Below are positions 9,495 through 19,080 of a stretch of 64,000 nt of DNA, in pieces (positions within the stretch are counted from its first letter, which is position 1; each line of letters opens with the position of its first letter). The stretch covers positions 3,968,001 to 4,032,000 of the forward strand of contig OZ220733.1 in NCBI GenBank assembly GCA_965116875.1, given 5' to 3'. The position numbers and the translations under genes were made by a program. Origin of the DNA: Candidatus Latescibacterota bacterium (GTDB lineage: Bacteria; Latescibacterota; UBA2968; GCA-2709665). The notes under the pieces were generated by a model that was not told the origin of the DNA, made no database searches, and worked only from the letters and a program-made list of their open reading frames with translations.

Positions 9495-10838
9495 ATGAAA
9501 AGTGAAGCCAGGCGGCCGGTTCGGGAGGCGCCGCGCGGCATCGGAGGCTTGTTGCGGAATATCGGACCGGGCGTGGTCGTGTCGGGTTCGGTGGTCGGGT
9601 CCGGCGAGTTGCTGGTGACCACGCGCATGGGGGCGGAGGTGGGGTTCGTCTTCCTCTGGGGGGTGATCCTGGCCTGTCTGGTCAAATTCTTCATCCAGCT
9701 GGAACTCGGGCGGCAGTGCGTCCTTCACAACAACACGACGATCCAGGTGCTGGACCGTGTGCCCGGGATGCGCCTGGCGAAGGCCTCCTGGGCGGCCTGG
9801 CTGTGCGTGTTGGGTTATTTCTCCGTGATGATTGCCGTGATCGGCATCCTGGGTTCCGTGGCTGGGCTGATGGTGACCCTGTTCCCCGGCGTCCCGTACA
9901 ATGTCTGGGCCATGCTGGTTTTCGCGGCAATCTCGGTACTGCTGTACCGGGGTCTGTACGCCGACCTGGAGCGGATGATCACAATACTCGTCGCGGGCTT
10001 CAGCCTGGTGGTCATCGGGTCCGTGCTGACGATGCAGGCAACGCCCTACGCCGTGAGTGGCGCCGAGGTATTGTCGGGGTTTCGCTTCGCCCTGCCCGCG
10101 GACGGGGCGTTCGTCGCCATGGCCGTGATGGGGTCCGTGGGCGCGACGGCGGTGGAGCTGTTCATGTATCCGTACTGGGTGCGGGAGAAGGGGTATGCGG
10201 ATTACGTGGGACCGCGGGAGGATACGCCGGAGTGGCGGGCGCGCTATCGGGGTTGGATGCGGGTGCTGAAAGCCGATGCGCTGGTCTGCACCGGAATCGC
10301 TTTGGTGATTACCTGCGCATACTATCTGCTGGGCGCCTCCATTCTGAAGAAGCTGAACGTGGTCCCCCAGGGCATGGAGGTCGTGGAGCAGGTATCGCTG
10401 ATATTCACGCAAAGCATTGGACCATGGACCAAGAACGTGTTCATGTTCGGCGCTTTCTGCACGCTGTTTTCCACGCTGCTCGTCTTTACGGCCAGCTCCG
10501 GGCGCATCAGCGTGGATTTTCTGAGGCAGACGGGCGTCTCCGGCCTGGACAGCGAAGCGGTCCGGCTGCGGCTGCTGCGGGCGTTGCAGGTCGCCTTTCC
10601 GTTTCTGTGGCTTTGCGTGACCATTGCAACCCCCGATACCCCGCTGGCACTGGTACTCATCGGCGCCAATGCAAACAACCTGCTGCTGATTCCGATGGCC
10701 TACGGGGTGGTGCACCTTGCGATGCGGGCTGCGGAAGCGGAGAGAATGTCCGTCTGGACGGAACTTGCATTGTTGCTGACGATCTGGGCGATCGTCAACT
10801 TTACCGCGGTTAATCTCTATTTGAACTGGACGAGATAA
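9495..10838 (+). CDS. Nramp-related (YcsG-like, LeuT-fold) transporter
   Basis: IGPGVVVSGSVVGSGELL N-terminal motif and about 11 TM segments; no canonical Nramp DPGN. Confidence 0.8.
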   Translation: MKSEARRPVREAPRGIGGLLRNIGPGVVVSGSVVGSGELLVTTRMGAEVGFVFLWGVILACLVKFFIQLELGRQCVLHNNTTIQVLDRVPGMRLAKASWAAWLCVLGYFSVMIAVIGILGSVAGLMVTLFPGVPYNVWAMLVFAAISVLLYRGLYADLERMITILVAGFSLVVIGSVLTMQATPYAVSGAEVLSGFRFALPADGAFVAMAVMGSVGATAVELFMYPYWVREKGYADYVGPREDTPEWRARYRGWMRVLKADALVCTGIALVITCAYYLLGASILKKLNVVPQGMEVVEQVSLIFTQSIGPWTKNVFMFGAFCTLFSTLLVFTASSGRISVDFLRQTGVSGLDSEAVRLRLLRALQVAFPFLWLCVTIATPDTPLALVLIGANANNLLLIPMAYGVVHLAMRAAEAERMSVWTELALLLTIWAIVNFTAVNLYLNWTR

Positions 10839-10865
10839 GGTACTGAACAGTCGAGCAAGTTCTCA

Positions 10866-10889
10866 GCGGCGGCCGGCAACGGCCGCCGT
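10866..10889. terminator. GC-rich hairpin between convergent genes
   Basis: GCGGCGGCCG-GCAA-CGGCCGCCGT followed by TTCCCGTTTG; short T tail only. Confidence 0.55.
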
Positions 10890-10960
10890 TTCCCGTTTGT
10901 CGTCTTTCGCGTTTCGGCCGCTGCACCCTTCCCCAGGCCGGGGATCGGCAATCGCCCGAG

Positions 10961-13312
10961 TCACTCCGTTGTCTCCACCCAGATGGGTGTGCTCCATCCT
11001 TTGGCGCCCAGGGCGTGCGCGACGTTGGCCGGATATTGGGGGATGGCTTCGGGCGAAAGGACTTCGAGATGGTAGTAGTGCCTTCCGGGGCGGTACCGGC
11101 GCAACTGGAATTCCTTTCGCTCTCCCCGGGTCCGTCCGACGAACCTCTCGTCGTACATCAGACGCCCGTCCCGGTGGACGCGCAGGATGTATTCCCGGCC
11201 CGCTTCGCCCTGCACGCGCCACTTCAGCACCGGGTCGTCCCGGACGACAAGCGAACTGCCCATCATCCGATCGTTGATCGTGAACTCGATCAGGATTTTC
11301 CGGCCGGCCGTTGCGTAACAGCGCCTGGCCCTGATCGCGTCCAGAAACGCGGCGCGGTCCAGGCGTTCCGCCCAGATGCCGGTGAGCGCGCCGCTCAGGC
11401 CCGGGTTGCGGTGGTGGCTGTCTCCGCTGCCGGTGAACGCGAACTTGTGGCCTGCGTCCAGGTATTTGAAGTAGACGTCGTACAGGTCGATGTTGATCAT
11501 CCACGCGGCGCACACGTCGACGCCCCACTCCACGTCCGTGTCGTAGAGGTTCCACTTCCCGTTGTGGGGATGGGGGAGCGGCAGGTAGCCCCTTTCTTTA
11601 AACCAGTCGAGGCACTCCCGGGTGTCCTTGTGGGTATGCCGCTCGCCTTTCGAGTGGGCCTCTTTGTACTTGAAGTGGAGCAGGTCCATTTCCATTTCGT
11701 CGTCGTCCGACATCACGGATCGGTGGTCCCGCCCGGAGTCGACGCGGTCGGTGATCGTCATTTCGTAACCGGGAAACAGGGCGAAACGTCCGGGTTCATT
11801 CAGGACCATGGCGTTGCCCTTGACGTAGTCCCACTCGTAGTCCTTCAGGTGCCTCACGTTCCGGCGGGTGGGCAGGTTCCAGAAACTGTCGTTGTCGGAA
11901 ATGGTCAGTCCGTCGATCTGCGCCTTGTCCCGCGCGTAGTGGCCCAGTTCATCGGGCTCACCCTCCACCTCGATGGATGCCGACGAGTGGCAGTGCAGAT
12001 CCACCCAGAAGAGCTGATATCTGCCGGTTTCCCCACCCGGCAACTCGTTCCGGGGCCGGGCGGCCGGGGGCGCGGTGTCAAACGGCAACCGGACTTCCTT
12101 CCATTCGGTCAGGTCGACGCGGCGGCATTCAGGGGGAATAGCGGACAGACCGGTCGAGAGGCGGACCGTCTCCAGGTAACGCTCATCGGTGATCATGTCC
12201 TGCGACAGGAGGTGAACCACGTTCCCGACCTCGTCGTTGTGGGGAAGCTCGTAGAAGACGTCTCCTTCCGCCACGCAGAGAGGTTCCGACCAGTCGCCGT
12301 TCCTGCAGTGGTGGCCGAACAGGCGACCCGTTGAAGTAAGCGTTCCCTGCTCACTGTCGGCCTTGACCTCGTAGAAGAGCCAGACGCCGCCGGATTCGGC
12401 CGCCTTGAGGACGGGGAAGAGGCGCCTTCCCATGTGCCCCAGATTGGGCGGTTTTGGGAATTCGGTCAGGAGTCCGTAGTGCAGCGGCGCAATGTCCGCC
12501 CCGCCGTCGGGTCCCGTCAGCGGTTCCCACGCCCCGCCGTCCAGCCGGGCACCCCGCAGCGAGTATTTCTGCTGGAGCGTGCTGCGCCGGTACATGACGT
12601 CCACGCCGCGCACCCACACCGCCCACAGCGCCCCTCCCGCGTCCCTGCAGAGGCTGGACCTGTTTTCCCATCCCTGATCGCAACTGATTCTGACCGCTTT
12701 CCGAGGGCCCGTCGGGCCAACGGCGCAGCCATAGACGTCGTAGGTGTGGTCGACGTAGCTGTCCCAGACAATATAGACGCCTTCCGCTCCCCATTCGACC
12801 ATCCTGGGCCGATAGTTGTACCGGCTCCCCTTTCCGGCCGACCAGGTTGTGGTCGTCCCATCCGGAAGCGTCCTCAGGATCCGGATGCGGCTCTCTCCCT
12901 TTTCGGACTGGGCCCAGCAAATCCAGAGGACGCCGCTTTCGTCGAGAAGGGCCTGCGGCTCCCAGACCTTCGCCGACGCAGGCAGGACGTGCCGCTCACG
13001 GCAGGAAGTGAATCCGTCCCCGTCACTTCCGCGGGTCCGGAACGCGTACTGGCGGCCGGTCTTTTCCAGCCAGACGAACACCGCCTCGTCGCCGTTCGGG
13101 ATGCAGATCGGGCGCGTCTGCATGGTGTTGTTGGGTGACAGCGGCTCTATCGAACAGCCGGTTTCACCGACGAATTTCCGGACGAATGCCCTCGACCCCG
13201 CGGCGCCGTAGGCCGCCCAGGCGGTCCAGCAGAGTTCTCCGTCGCCCAGGGTGCAGAGGTTGGGTTCGTAACTGTCTTTCGAATAGACGCCCTCTGTGAC
13301 GACCATCTTCAC
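10961..13312 (-). CDS. PHP-fold metallohydrolase (DUF3604/CehA-McbA-like) with an N-terminal beta-rich domain
   Basis: DLHCHS, ISDND, PGYE, HPH, GSGDSH, RARRCYAT, WSTPIWV in the C-terminal half. Confidence 0.75.
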   Translation of the reverse strand: MKMVVTEGVYSKDSYEPNLCTLGDGELCWTAWAAYGAAGSRAFVRKFVGETGCSIEPLSPNNTMQTRPICIPNGDEAVFVWLEKTGRQYAFRTRGSDGDGFTSCRERHVLPASAKVWEPQALLDESGVLWICWAQSEKGESRIRILRTLPDGTTTTWSAGKGSRYNYRPRMVEWGAEGVYIVWDSYVDHTYDVYGCAVGPTGPRKAVRISCDQGWENRSSLCRDAGGALWAVWVRGVDVMYRRSTLQQKYSLRGARLDGGAWEPLTGPDGGADIAPLHYGLLTEFPKPPNLGHMGRRLFPVLKAAESGGVWLFYEVKADSEQGTLTSTGRLFGHHCRNGDWSEPLCVAEGDVFYELPHNDEVGNVVHLLSQDMITDERYLETVRLSTGLSAIPPECRRVDLTEWKEVRLPFDTAPPAARPRNELPGGETGRYQLFWVDLHCHSSASIEVEGEPDELGHYARDKAQIDGLTISDNDSFWNLPTRRNVRHLKDYEWDYVKGNAMVLNEPGRFALFPGYEMTITDRVDSGRDHRSVMSDDDEMEMDLLHFKYKEAHSKGERHTHKDTRECLDWFKERGYLPLPHPHNGKWNLYDTDVEWGVDVCAAWMINIDLYDVYFKYLDAGHKFAFTGSGDSHHRNPGLSGALTGIWAERLDRAAFLDAIRARRCYATAGRKILIEFTINDRMMGSSLVVRDDPVLKWRVQGEAGREYILRVHRDGRLMYDERFVGRTRGERKEFQLRRYRPGRHYYHLEVLSPEAIPQYPANVAHALGAKGWSTPIWVETTE

Positions 13313-13455
13313 GGAAACGATTCCTTGTGCAGAGACGTTTTTGGGGAAGCCTGGATGTCCGGGAGGGATGGAGATCCGTCGTCAGGATGCCCGGCGTGGA
13401 TCGTCAACCAGATATGCGTTCGTGGCCGTGCCGGCTCGAATTCGAGCCGCTGCGC

Positions 13456-15078
13456 TCATTTCCAGGGCTTTCCCGACTCCGTCACTTCCTCCTGGGTCGT
13501 GGCCTCCGGCCCAAAGCGGATGTGACGGAAGGCGAACGGGATATGGCGTCGGCCGAACAGTGCGTGGGTGAACCCCCAATGGCACAATGTGAAGACGGTC
13601 GCTGCGGCCAGCCCGATGAGGATCGTGTTCCGGATCCAATCGACACGGGCGCCTGCCTGCGGCACCGTGGGACCATATGCGGGATCGGCAAGCGTTATGG
13701 AAGCGGCCAGGACGGTGCAGACGATGGCGTTGAACGTAATCAGACCCTCGGTTACCAGGCGCCGGGGACTGAATTCAACGATCTTCAGGGCGAAGTTGAA
13801 ATTGACGACCCACCACAGAAAGACCAGGTAGAGAAGCTGGCCCTTGCCCAGCCAGGGATCCGGAATGAATGCAAGGGACTGCGAGCGGTGCATCTGCATC
13901 AGCCAGAAAACGGCGATGCCGATGGCGATGTAGATCAGTTCAATCCACCCGATCCAGCCCCTGGACCGCACAAACCAGCCCGCTACGGAAAGTCCGTAGG
14001 GTCTCTCCGGCAGGGCGTCCACTTTATCGACCCAGTTTCCGGATGCTTTTCGGTGGTTCAGGTACGTCAGGCCGATCAGAACGAAACCCGTCGCGAACAT
14101 TCCCGTCCACGCCGGCATGGGGTACGCATCGGAATTCGGGGGCGCAATAACCGATAGCAGACCCATCGAGACGGCAATGGCAATGCCGTGGAAGAGGCCC
14201 TGGGTCTGTTCCATGACACTGTGCCAGTTCGTCTGCAATCCGGTACGGATATTCAGCAGTTTCAGGAACTGACCCAGGCTGAAGCCGACACCTCCGATGA
14301 ACCCCGTGATCAGCGAGGCAAGGGCAAGACCGTTCAGGTCGTAACGCCAGCAGAAGATCAGCAGCCCGAAGGCAAGGCCGACGCAACCGGCCCAGTTATC
14401 GCCCCGTGGAGGCGTCATCCGGAGCTTGAAGCAAACGACGAGCAGAAGAAAGGGTACGTACCATCCCACTGTAAGGTGAAGTACAAGGGACGTGGCGATA
14501 TCGAAACCTCCGCGAACGGCTGCGACGATCAACCCGGCGGCCATCGCCACAAGCGTCGCCAGCCAGTCGGTATCGTACCAGGTGAGGCTGGCTCTGCCGG
14601 ACTTTCCCGTACCTGAGAATACCAGGTCGACCAGAATCGACTGAATCGCCCATCCCGAGAAGATCGCGGCCAGCGGCGCAAAGAAAAGTGTAAGTCTGTC
14701 TCCGGTGAGCAATGCCGGAAGCGCGGTCCCTGCGCCGCCCATGAACGCCCATAGAAAGCCGATGACGAACAGGTTGGCGAATCCGTAAAGCACGGAGGGC
14801 GGGTGGCCGGAGTGCGTGTAACCGACCACGCCCATGTAGGACATGCTTCCGCCGAAGGACCAGCCGAGCGCGCCGAACATCGCAAAGTAGTGAACATGGG
14901 CCAGCCAGTCGGGGCGCCCTGATACCAGCACCGCGGCGATTGCCGCCAGCGCGCCCGGTATGGCCGCGCCGTACTCGTGGCCGAAGTTGCCGCGGATCCC
15001 CCAGCCCACAGAAAGGGAAAGCCCGCAGAAGACCACGAGTTGCCACGTAATGCCCGAAGTCGCCAGATGCAGGTCCAT
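13456..15078 (-). CDS. Polytopic membrane protein of unknown function
   Basis: Many hydrophobic segments; Gly-rich motifs GWGIRGNFGHEYGAAIPG and GWSFGGSMSY; start set at ATG 15078, just after the hydantoinase A stop. Confidence 0.8.
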   Translation of the reverse strand: MDLHLATSGITWQLVVFCGLSLSVGWGIRGNFGHEYGAAIPGALAAIAAVLVSGRPDWLAHVHYFAMFGALGWSFGGSMSYMGVVGYTHSGHPPSVLYGFANLFVIGFLWAFMGGAGTALPALLTGDRLTLFFAPLAAIFSGWAIQSILVDLVFSGTGKSGRASLTWYDTDWLATLVAMAAGLIVAAVRGGFDIATSLVLHLTVGWYVPFLLLVVCFKLRMTPPRGDNWAGCVGLAFGLLIFCWRYDLNGLALASLITGFIGGVGFSLGQFLKLLNIRTGLQTNWHSVMEQTQGLFHGIAIAVSMGLLSVIAPPNSDAYPMPAWTGMFATGFVLIGLTYLNHRKASGNWVDKVDALPERPYGLSVAGWFVRSRGWIGWIELIYIAIGIAVFWLMQMHRSQSLAFIPDPWLGKGQLLYLVFLWWVVNFNFALKIVEFSPRRLVTEGLITFNAIVCTVLAASITLADPAYGPTVPQAGARVDWIRNTILIGLAAATVFTLCHWGFTHALFGRRHIPFAFRHIRFGPEATTQEEVTESGKPWK

Positions 15079-15089
15079 TTGGGCCAACC

Positions 15090-17183
15090 TCAGCCGACGT
15101 CGATCACGAGATTGCCGTAGTTGTCGACGTTGACAGTACAACCGTGGGGAATGAGCGTCGTGGAGTCGATTTCCTCGACGATGGCGGGGCCGGGGAAGCG
15201 GTTGTTCGCCTCCAGGCGATACCGGTCGTAGATCGCCGTGGGCGCCCGACCGTCGTGACCCGGCATGCGGACGCCGCGTTCCGCCTTCAGGCCAGCCTGC
15301 GCGGACGGCCCGCCTTCCGGAACCTGCCGCCGGCTGGGACGGGGGACGGCCCCTACGGCGGAGAGACGGACATTGACCACCTCCGTGGGTTCATCCCGCG
15401 TCGCAAACCCGTACTGGCGCCGGTGCGCCGAGAAGAAAGCGGCGTTCAGTGTACCGGGGAGGTCGTCCGACAGGCGTCCGACCGGAACCCGAAGCTCGTA
15501 GGACTGGCCCGTATATCGCATGTCCGCCTCCCGAACGAACCGGATGTCCGAGGGGGAGACGCCCTCACTCAACAGCAGCCGGGTCGCATTCTCTTCGAAT
15601 TCGCGGTAGACGTCCGACAGGGAAGCAACGTCCAGATCGTCTGTCCCTGAAATAAAGGTGCGGACGTAGTCGTGGCGAAGATCGGTAACCAGCAAACCCA
15701 GCGCCGTCGTCACGCCGGGGCTTGGCGGCACGAGGACGGTGCCGATATGCAGCGCCCTCGCGAGGGCGGCGGCATGGAGGGGACCGGCGCCGCCGAAAGC
15801 GACGAGTACGAACGCGCGCGGGTCCACGCCCTTCTGGACGGAAACGAGCTGAAGGATGCCGGTCATGTTGGCGTTGGCGATTTCAATCAGCCCGGCGGCC
15901 GCTTCTTCAACGGGAAGATCCAGGGTCCTGGCGATGCGCCGTTCGATCGCCTGTTTCGCGAGAGCCGTGTCAAGGCGGAGTTCGCCGCCCAGGAAATAGT
16001 CGGGATTGAGCCGGCCCAGAACCAGGTTTGCGTCCGTCAACGTGGGTTCCGAACCCCCTTTTCCGTAGCATGCGGGGCCCGGCGCGGCGCCCGCGGATTG
16101 CGGGCCGACGGCGAGGGCCCCGCCCGGATCGACGTGGCCGATGCTGCCGCCGCCGGAACCGATTTCAACCAGGTCGATGACAGGCGTTTTTACCGGATAT
16201 CCCTGACCCTTGTCCCGGGTGGTGGTTGCGACCGCGGCGTCGCCAACCTCGAACTCGGCGGCAAGACGCGGCCGGCCGTTTTCGATGAGGGCGGCCTTCG
16301 CGGTGGTGCCTCCGATGTCCAGGGCGATCAGGTTATCGAAACCCGCCGACTGGCCGACGTAGGACGCGGCGATGACGCCGGCCGCGGGGCCGGACTCGAT
16401 GAGTTGTACGGGCTGCTGTCTGGCCGTGCCGGAGGCAATGATGCCGCCGCCCGAGGTCATCAGGAACAGGCCGGAGCCGGGATTCACGCTTCCGAGCCGT
16501 TCCTCCAGCCGTTCCACGTACGCGCCCACCGCGGGCAGTAGCGCGGCGTTCACGGCGGTCGTGCTGGCGCGGGTATATTCGCGGTACTCGGGACAGATGT
16601 CGGAGGAAATACATACGGGCAGGTCGGGGCAGACTTCCCGGATGATCTCGGCGGCCCGCCGTTCGTGGGTCGGGTCCTTGTATGCGTGCAGGAAGCAGAC
16701 GAGAAGCGCTTCGACCCGGTCCCCGGCCAGTTGACGTGCTGCGCGATACACGGCGGGTTCATCCAGCGGAACGAGCACCCCCCCGTCTGCGTCGATGCGT
16801 TCGGGCACGCCGATGCAGAGGTGTCGCGGCACGAGCGGGGGCGGCTTGTCGTAATTCAGATCGTAGAGGTTGGGGCGGATCTGCCAGGCGATTTCAAAGA
16901 GATCGCTGAAACCTTCGGAGGCGATCAGGCCGATCCGCGCGCCTTTTTGCTGGATGATCGTGTTGGTCGCCACCGTGGTGCCGTGGACCACGAAGCGGAC
17001 CGGATCGGATGTGAGACCCCGGTTGGCGAGGCCCCGGGTATACGCCTCCATGAAAGCCAGCGAGGGATCGTCCGGGGTGGACGAGACCTTGACGGGATGG
17101 AAGTCGCCGGATTCTTCGTCCATCACCACAGCATCGGTGAACGTGCCCCCGATGTCGATTCCGACGCGGTATGATTCGCTCAT
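15090..17183 (-). CDS. Hydantoinase A / 5-oxoprolinase ATP-binding subunit
   Basis: GIDIGGTFTD, HGTTVATN, ESGPAAG, DIGGTT, GSGGGS, FGGAGPLH; start overlaps the upstream stop. Confidence 0.93.
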   Translation of the reverse strand: MSESYRVGIDIGGTFTDAVVMDEESGDFHPVKVSSTPDDPSLAFMEAYTRGLANRGLTSDPVRFVVHGTTVATNTIIQQKGARIGLIASEGFSDLFEIAWQIRPNLYDLNYDKPPPLVPRHLCIGVPERIDADGGVLVPLDEPAVYRAARQLAGDRVEALLVCFLHAYKDPTHERRAAEIIREVCPDLPVCISSDICPEYREYTRASTTAVNAALLPAVGAYVERLEERLGSVNPGSGLFLMTSGGGIIASGTARQQPVQLIESGPAAGVIAASYVGQSAGFDNLIALDIGGTTAKAALIENGRPRLAAEFEVGDAAVATTTRDKGQGYPVKTPVIDLVEIGSGGGSIGHVDPGGALAVGPQSAGAAPGPACYGKGGSEPTLTDANLVLGRLNPDYFLGGELRLDTALAKQAIERRIARTLDLPVEEAAAGLIEIANANMTGILQLVSVQKGVDPRAFVLVAFGGAGPLHAAALARALHIGTVLVPPSPGVTTALGLLVTDLRHDYVRTFISGTDDLDVASLSDVYREFEENATRLLLSEGVSPSDIRFVREADMRYTGQSYELRVPVGRLSDDLPGTLNAAFFSAHRRQYGFATRDEPTEVVNVRLSAVGAVPRPSRRQVPEGGPSAQAGLKAERGVRMPGHDGRAPTAIYDRYRLEANNRFPGPAIVEEIDSTTLIPHGCTVNVDNYGNLVIDVG

Positions 17184-18934
17184 CGAATCCCACCCTCCTG
17201 GAATTGTTGGCGCAGCGTCCTGGTTCCCTCTTCGTCTACGGTCCAGTCTTTTGAATCGTAAGCCACACCGTAGGTCTCGCGGGCGGCGCAAGGTGTAATC
17301 TTCCGGTCGCGAACGTCCCGCACCACGGCCTCCGGGTCGCGTTCCCGCGGGCGGCCGTAGCCCCCTCCGCCGGGCGTCTGCACGCTCACGCGGCCGCCTT
17401 TGGGAACCGTGATGCTGGTCTTTGACGGCAACGCTTCAGCCGCGCCCTCGGGATCCCGGATGAACCGGGCGGGACGGCCTTCCCCGCCGCCGTCAAGCCC
17501 CCATGGAGGAAACCGCGTGCCGTCGGAGAGGACGGTAAACGTGGTATCGCAGTCGGGGAATTCAAAGTCCCTCCGGATGCCCAGGCCCCCGCGAAACCGT
17601 CCGTCGCCGCCGCTGTCGGTGATCAGGCCGTACCTGGCGAAGCGGATGGGATAGTTGATCTCCACCTCTTCGATCGGCGCGTTCTCCGTGTTGTGGATGG
17701 TCGTTTGAATGGCGTCCGGGCCGTCTTTGGCGGGGCGGGCCCCGTTGCCGCCGCCAACGGTTTCCATGTAGCAGTAATACGCTTTTTTTCGCGGGTCGTT
17801 GCCGGCAAACCCCAGGTTGCAGATAATGCCCTTGCCGCAGGCGGGGATTCTGTCCGGCAACACCTCGCGAAGGGAGGTCAGGGTGAGTTCGGCGGTGAGT
17901 TGCGCCAGTTCCCACGCGCCGACCACGGCGGCCGGCCACGTGGCGGTGAGCACGGTATTGTCGGGCCCAACCACTTCCAGACAGCGGTAGAGGCCGTCGT
18001 TGACCAGGATGCGCGGGTCGATCAGGCTCTTGACGACCACCGCGATGGCCGCGAGCGTATTGGAACGGGTGGCGTTCAACGGGCCGGTCTGCTGCGGCGA
18101 GGATCCGGTAACGTCCAGCGTGGCGTTTCCATCGCGGATTCGGACCGTGACGGCAATCCTGACCGGTTCATCGTCGAATCCGTTGCCGTCGCGGTATCCT
18201 TCTGCTTTGAACACACCATCCGGCAGCGCGGCGATTTCGCGGCGCGCCCACCGTTCAGTGTAATCGAGCAGTTCATCGAAAAAAGCCTCGAGCTGACCGA
18301 TTTCATAACGGTCGATCAGTTCGGCGATGCGCCGTGCGCCAACGAGATTTGCGCCCATCTGGGCGCGAAGGTCGCCACCGGTTTCGTGGGGGGCGCGCAC
18401 GTTCTGCAGAATGAGGCCCAGTACGTTCTCGTCGATCTCACCGTTCCGCATGATTTTCGTGGGGGGTATGATGATGCCTTCCTGGTAGATCTCCCGGTTT
18501 ACGCCCAGGCTGCACGGCGTGCTGCCCCCCACGTCGACGTGGTGGGCCATGTTGGCGAGGTACCCGAGCCGGGTCTTTCCGGCGTCGACGGGCGCGATGA
18601 GGGCGATGTCGTTGAGGTGACTGCTTCCGCGATGCGGATCGTTCAGGATGAGGCCGTCTCCGGGCGCGAGATTCCCGGCTCCGTACTCCCGCAGTGCGTT
18701 GGGAATCGCAGTCTTCATGGAAGAGAGATGGGGCGGCTGTGAGAAGGACTGCGCGACCACACGGAAGGAAGCGTCGAAGAAGGCGCAGGAGAAATCCGCC
18801 CGGGTCTTGATATTGGTGGAGTATGCCGTGCGGCGTATGGTATACGCCATCTCTTCCGTGGCGTTGAGCAGCGCGTTCTTCATCACTTCGAAGGTGATGG
18901 GGTCCATGGTGAGGTGAGATGGCTGATCGGCCAT
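17180..18934 (-). CDS. Hydantoinase B / 5-oxoprolinase subunit
   Basis: DPITFEV, RTAYSTNIK..DFSC, NDPH..HLND, HHVDVGG, DSGGDGRFRGG, TPGGGGYG. Confidence 0.93.
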   Translation of the reverse strand: MADQPSHLTMDPITFEVMKNALLNATEEMAYTIRRTAYSTNIKTRADFSCAFFDASFRVVAQSFSQPPHLSSMKTAIPNALREYGAGNLAPGDGLILNDPHRGSSHLNDIALIAPVDAGKTRLGYLANMAHHVDVGGSTPCSLGVNREIYQEGIIIPPTKIMRNGEIDENVLGLILQNVRAPHETGGDLRAQMGANLVGARRIAELIDRYEIGQLEAFFDELLDYTERWARREIAALPDGVFKAEGYRDGNGFDDEPVRIAVTVRIRDGNATLDVTGSSPQQTGPLNATRSNTLAAIAVVVKSLIDPRILVNDGLYRCLEVVGPDNTVLTATWPAAVVGAWELAQLTAELTLTSLREVLPDRIPACGKGIICNLGFAGNDPRKKAYYCYMETVGGGNGARPAKDGPDAIQTTIHNTENAPIEEVEINYPIRFARYGLITDSGGDGRFRGGLGIRRDFEFPDCDTTFTVLSDGTRFPPWGLDGGGEGRPARFIRDPEGAAEALPSKTSITVPKGGRVSVQTPGGGGYGRPRERDPEAVVRDVRDRKITPCAARETYGVAYDSKDWTVDEEGTRTLRQQFQEGGIR

Positions 18935-19080
18935 GTCCTGTCCCTCTGATTTGCTTCCGCGGGAAGGAAGCAAGGTGAAGTTTTCGAGACGTGTTACCGG
19001 TGATGCGGCGCCGGCGCGGCTGGAGATTGAGTTTCACTCGCGGATTCACGCCTGAACGCTCTGCCAGCCGGCACAGCTTG

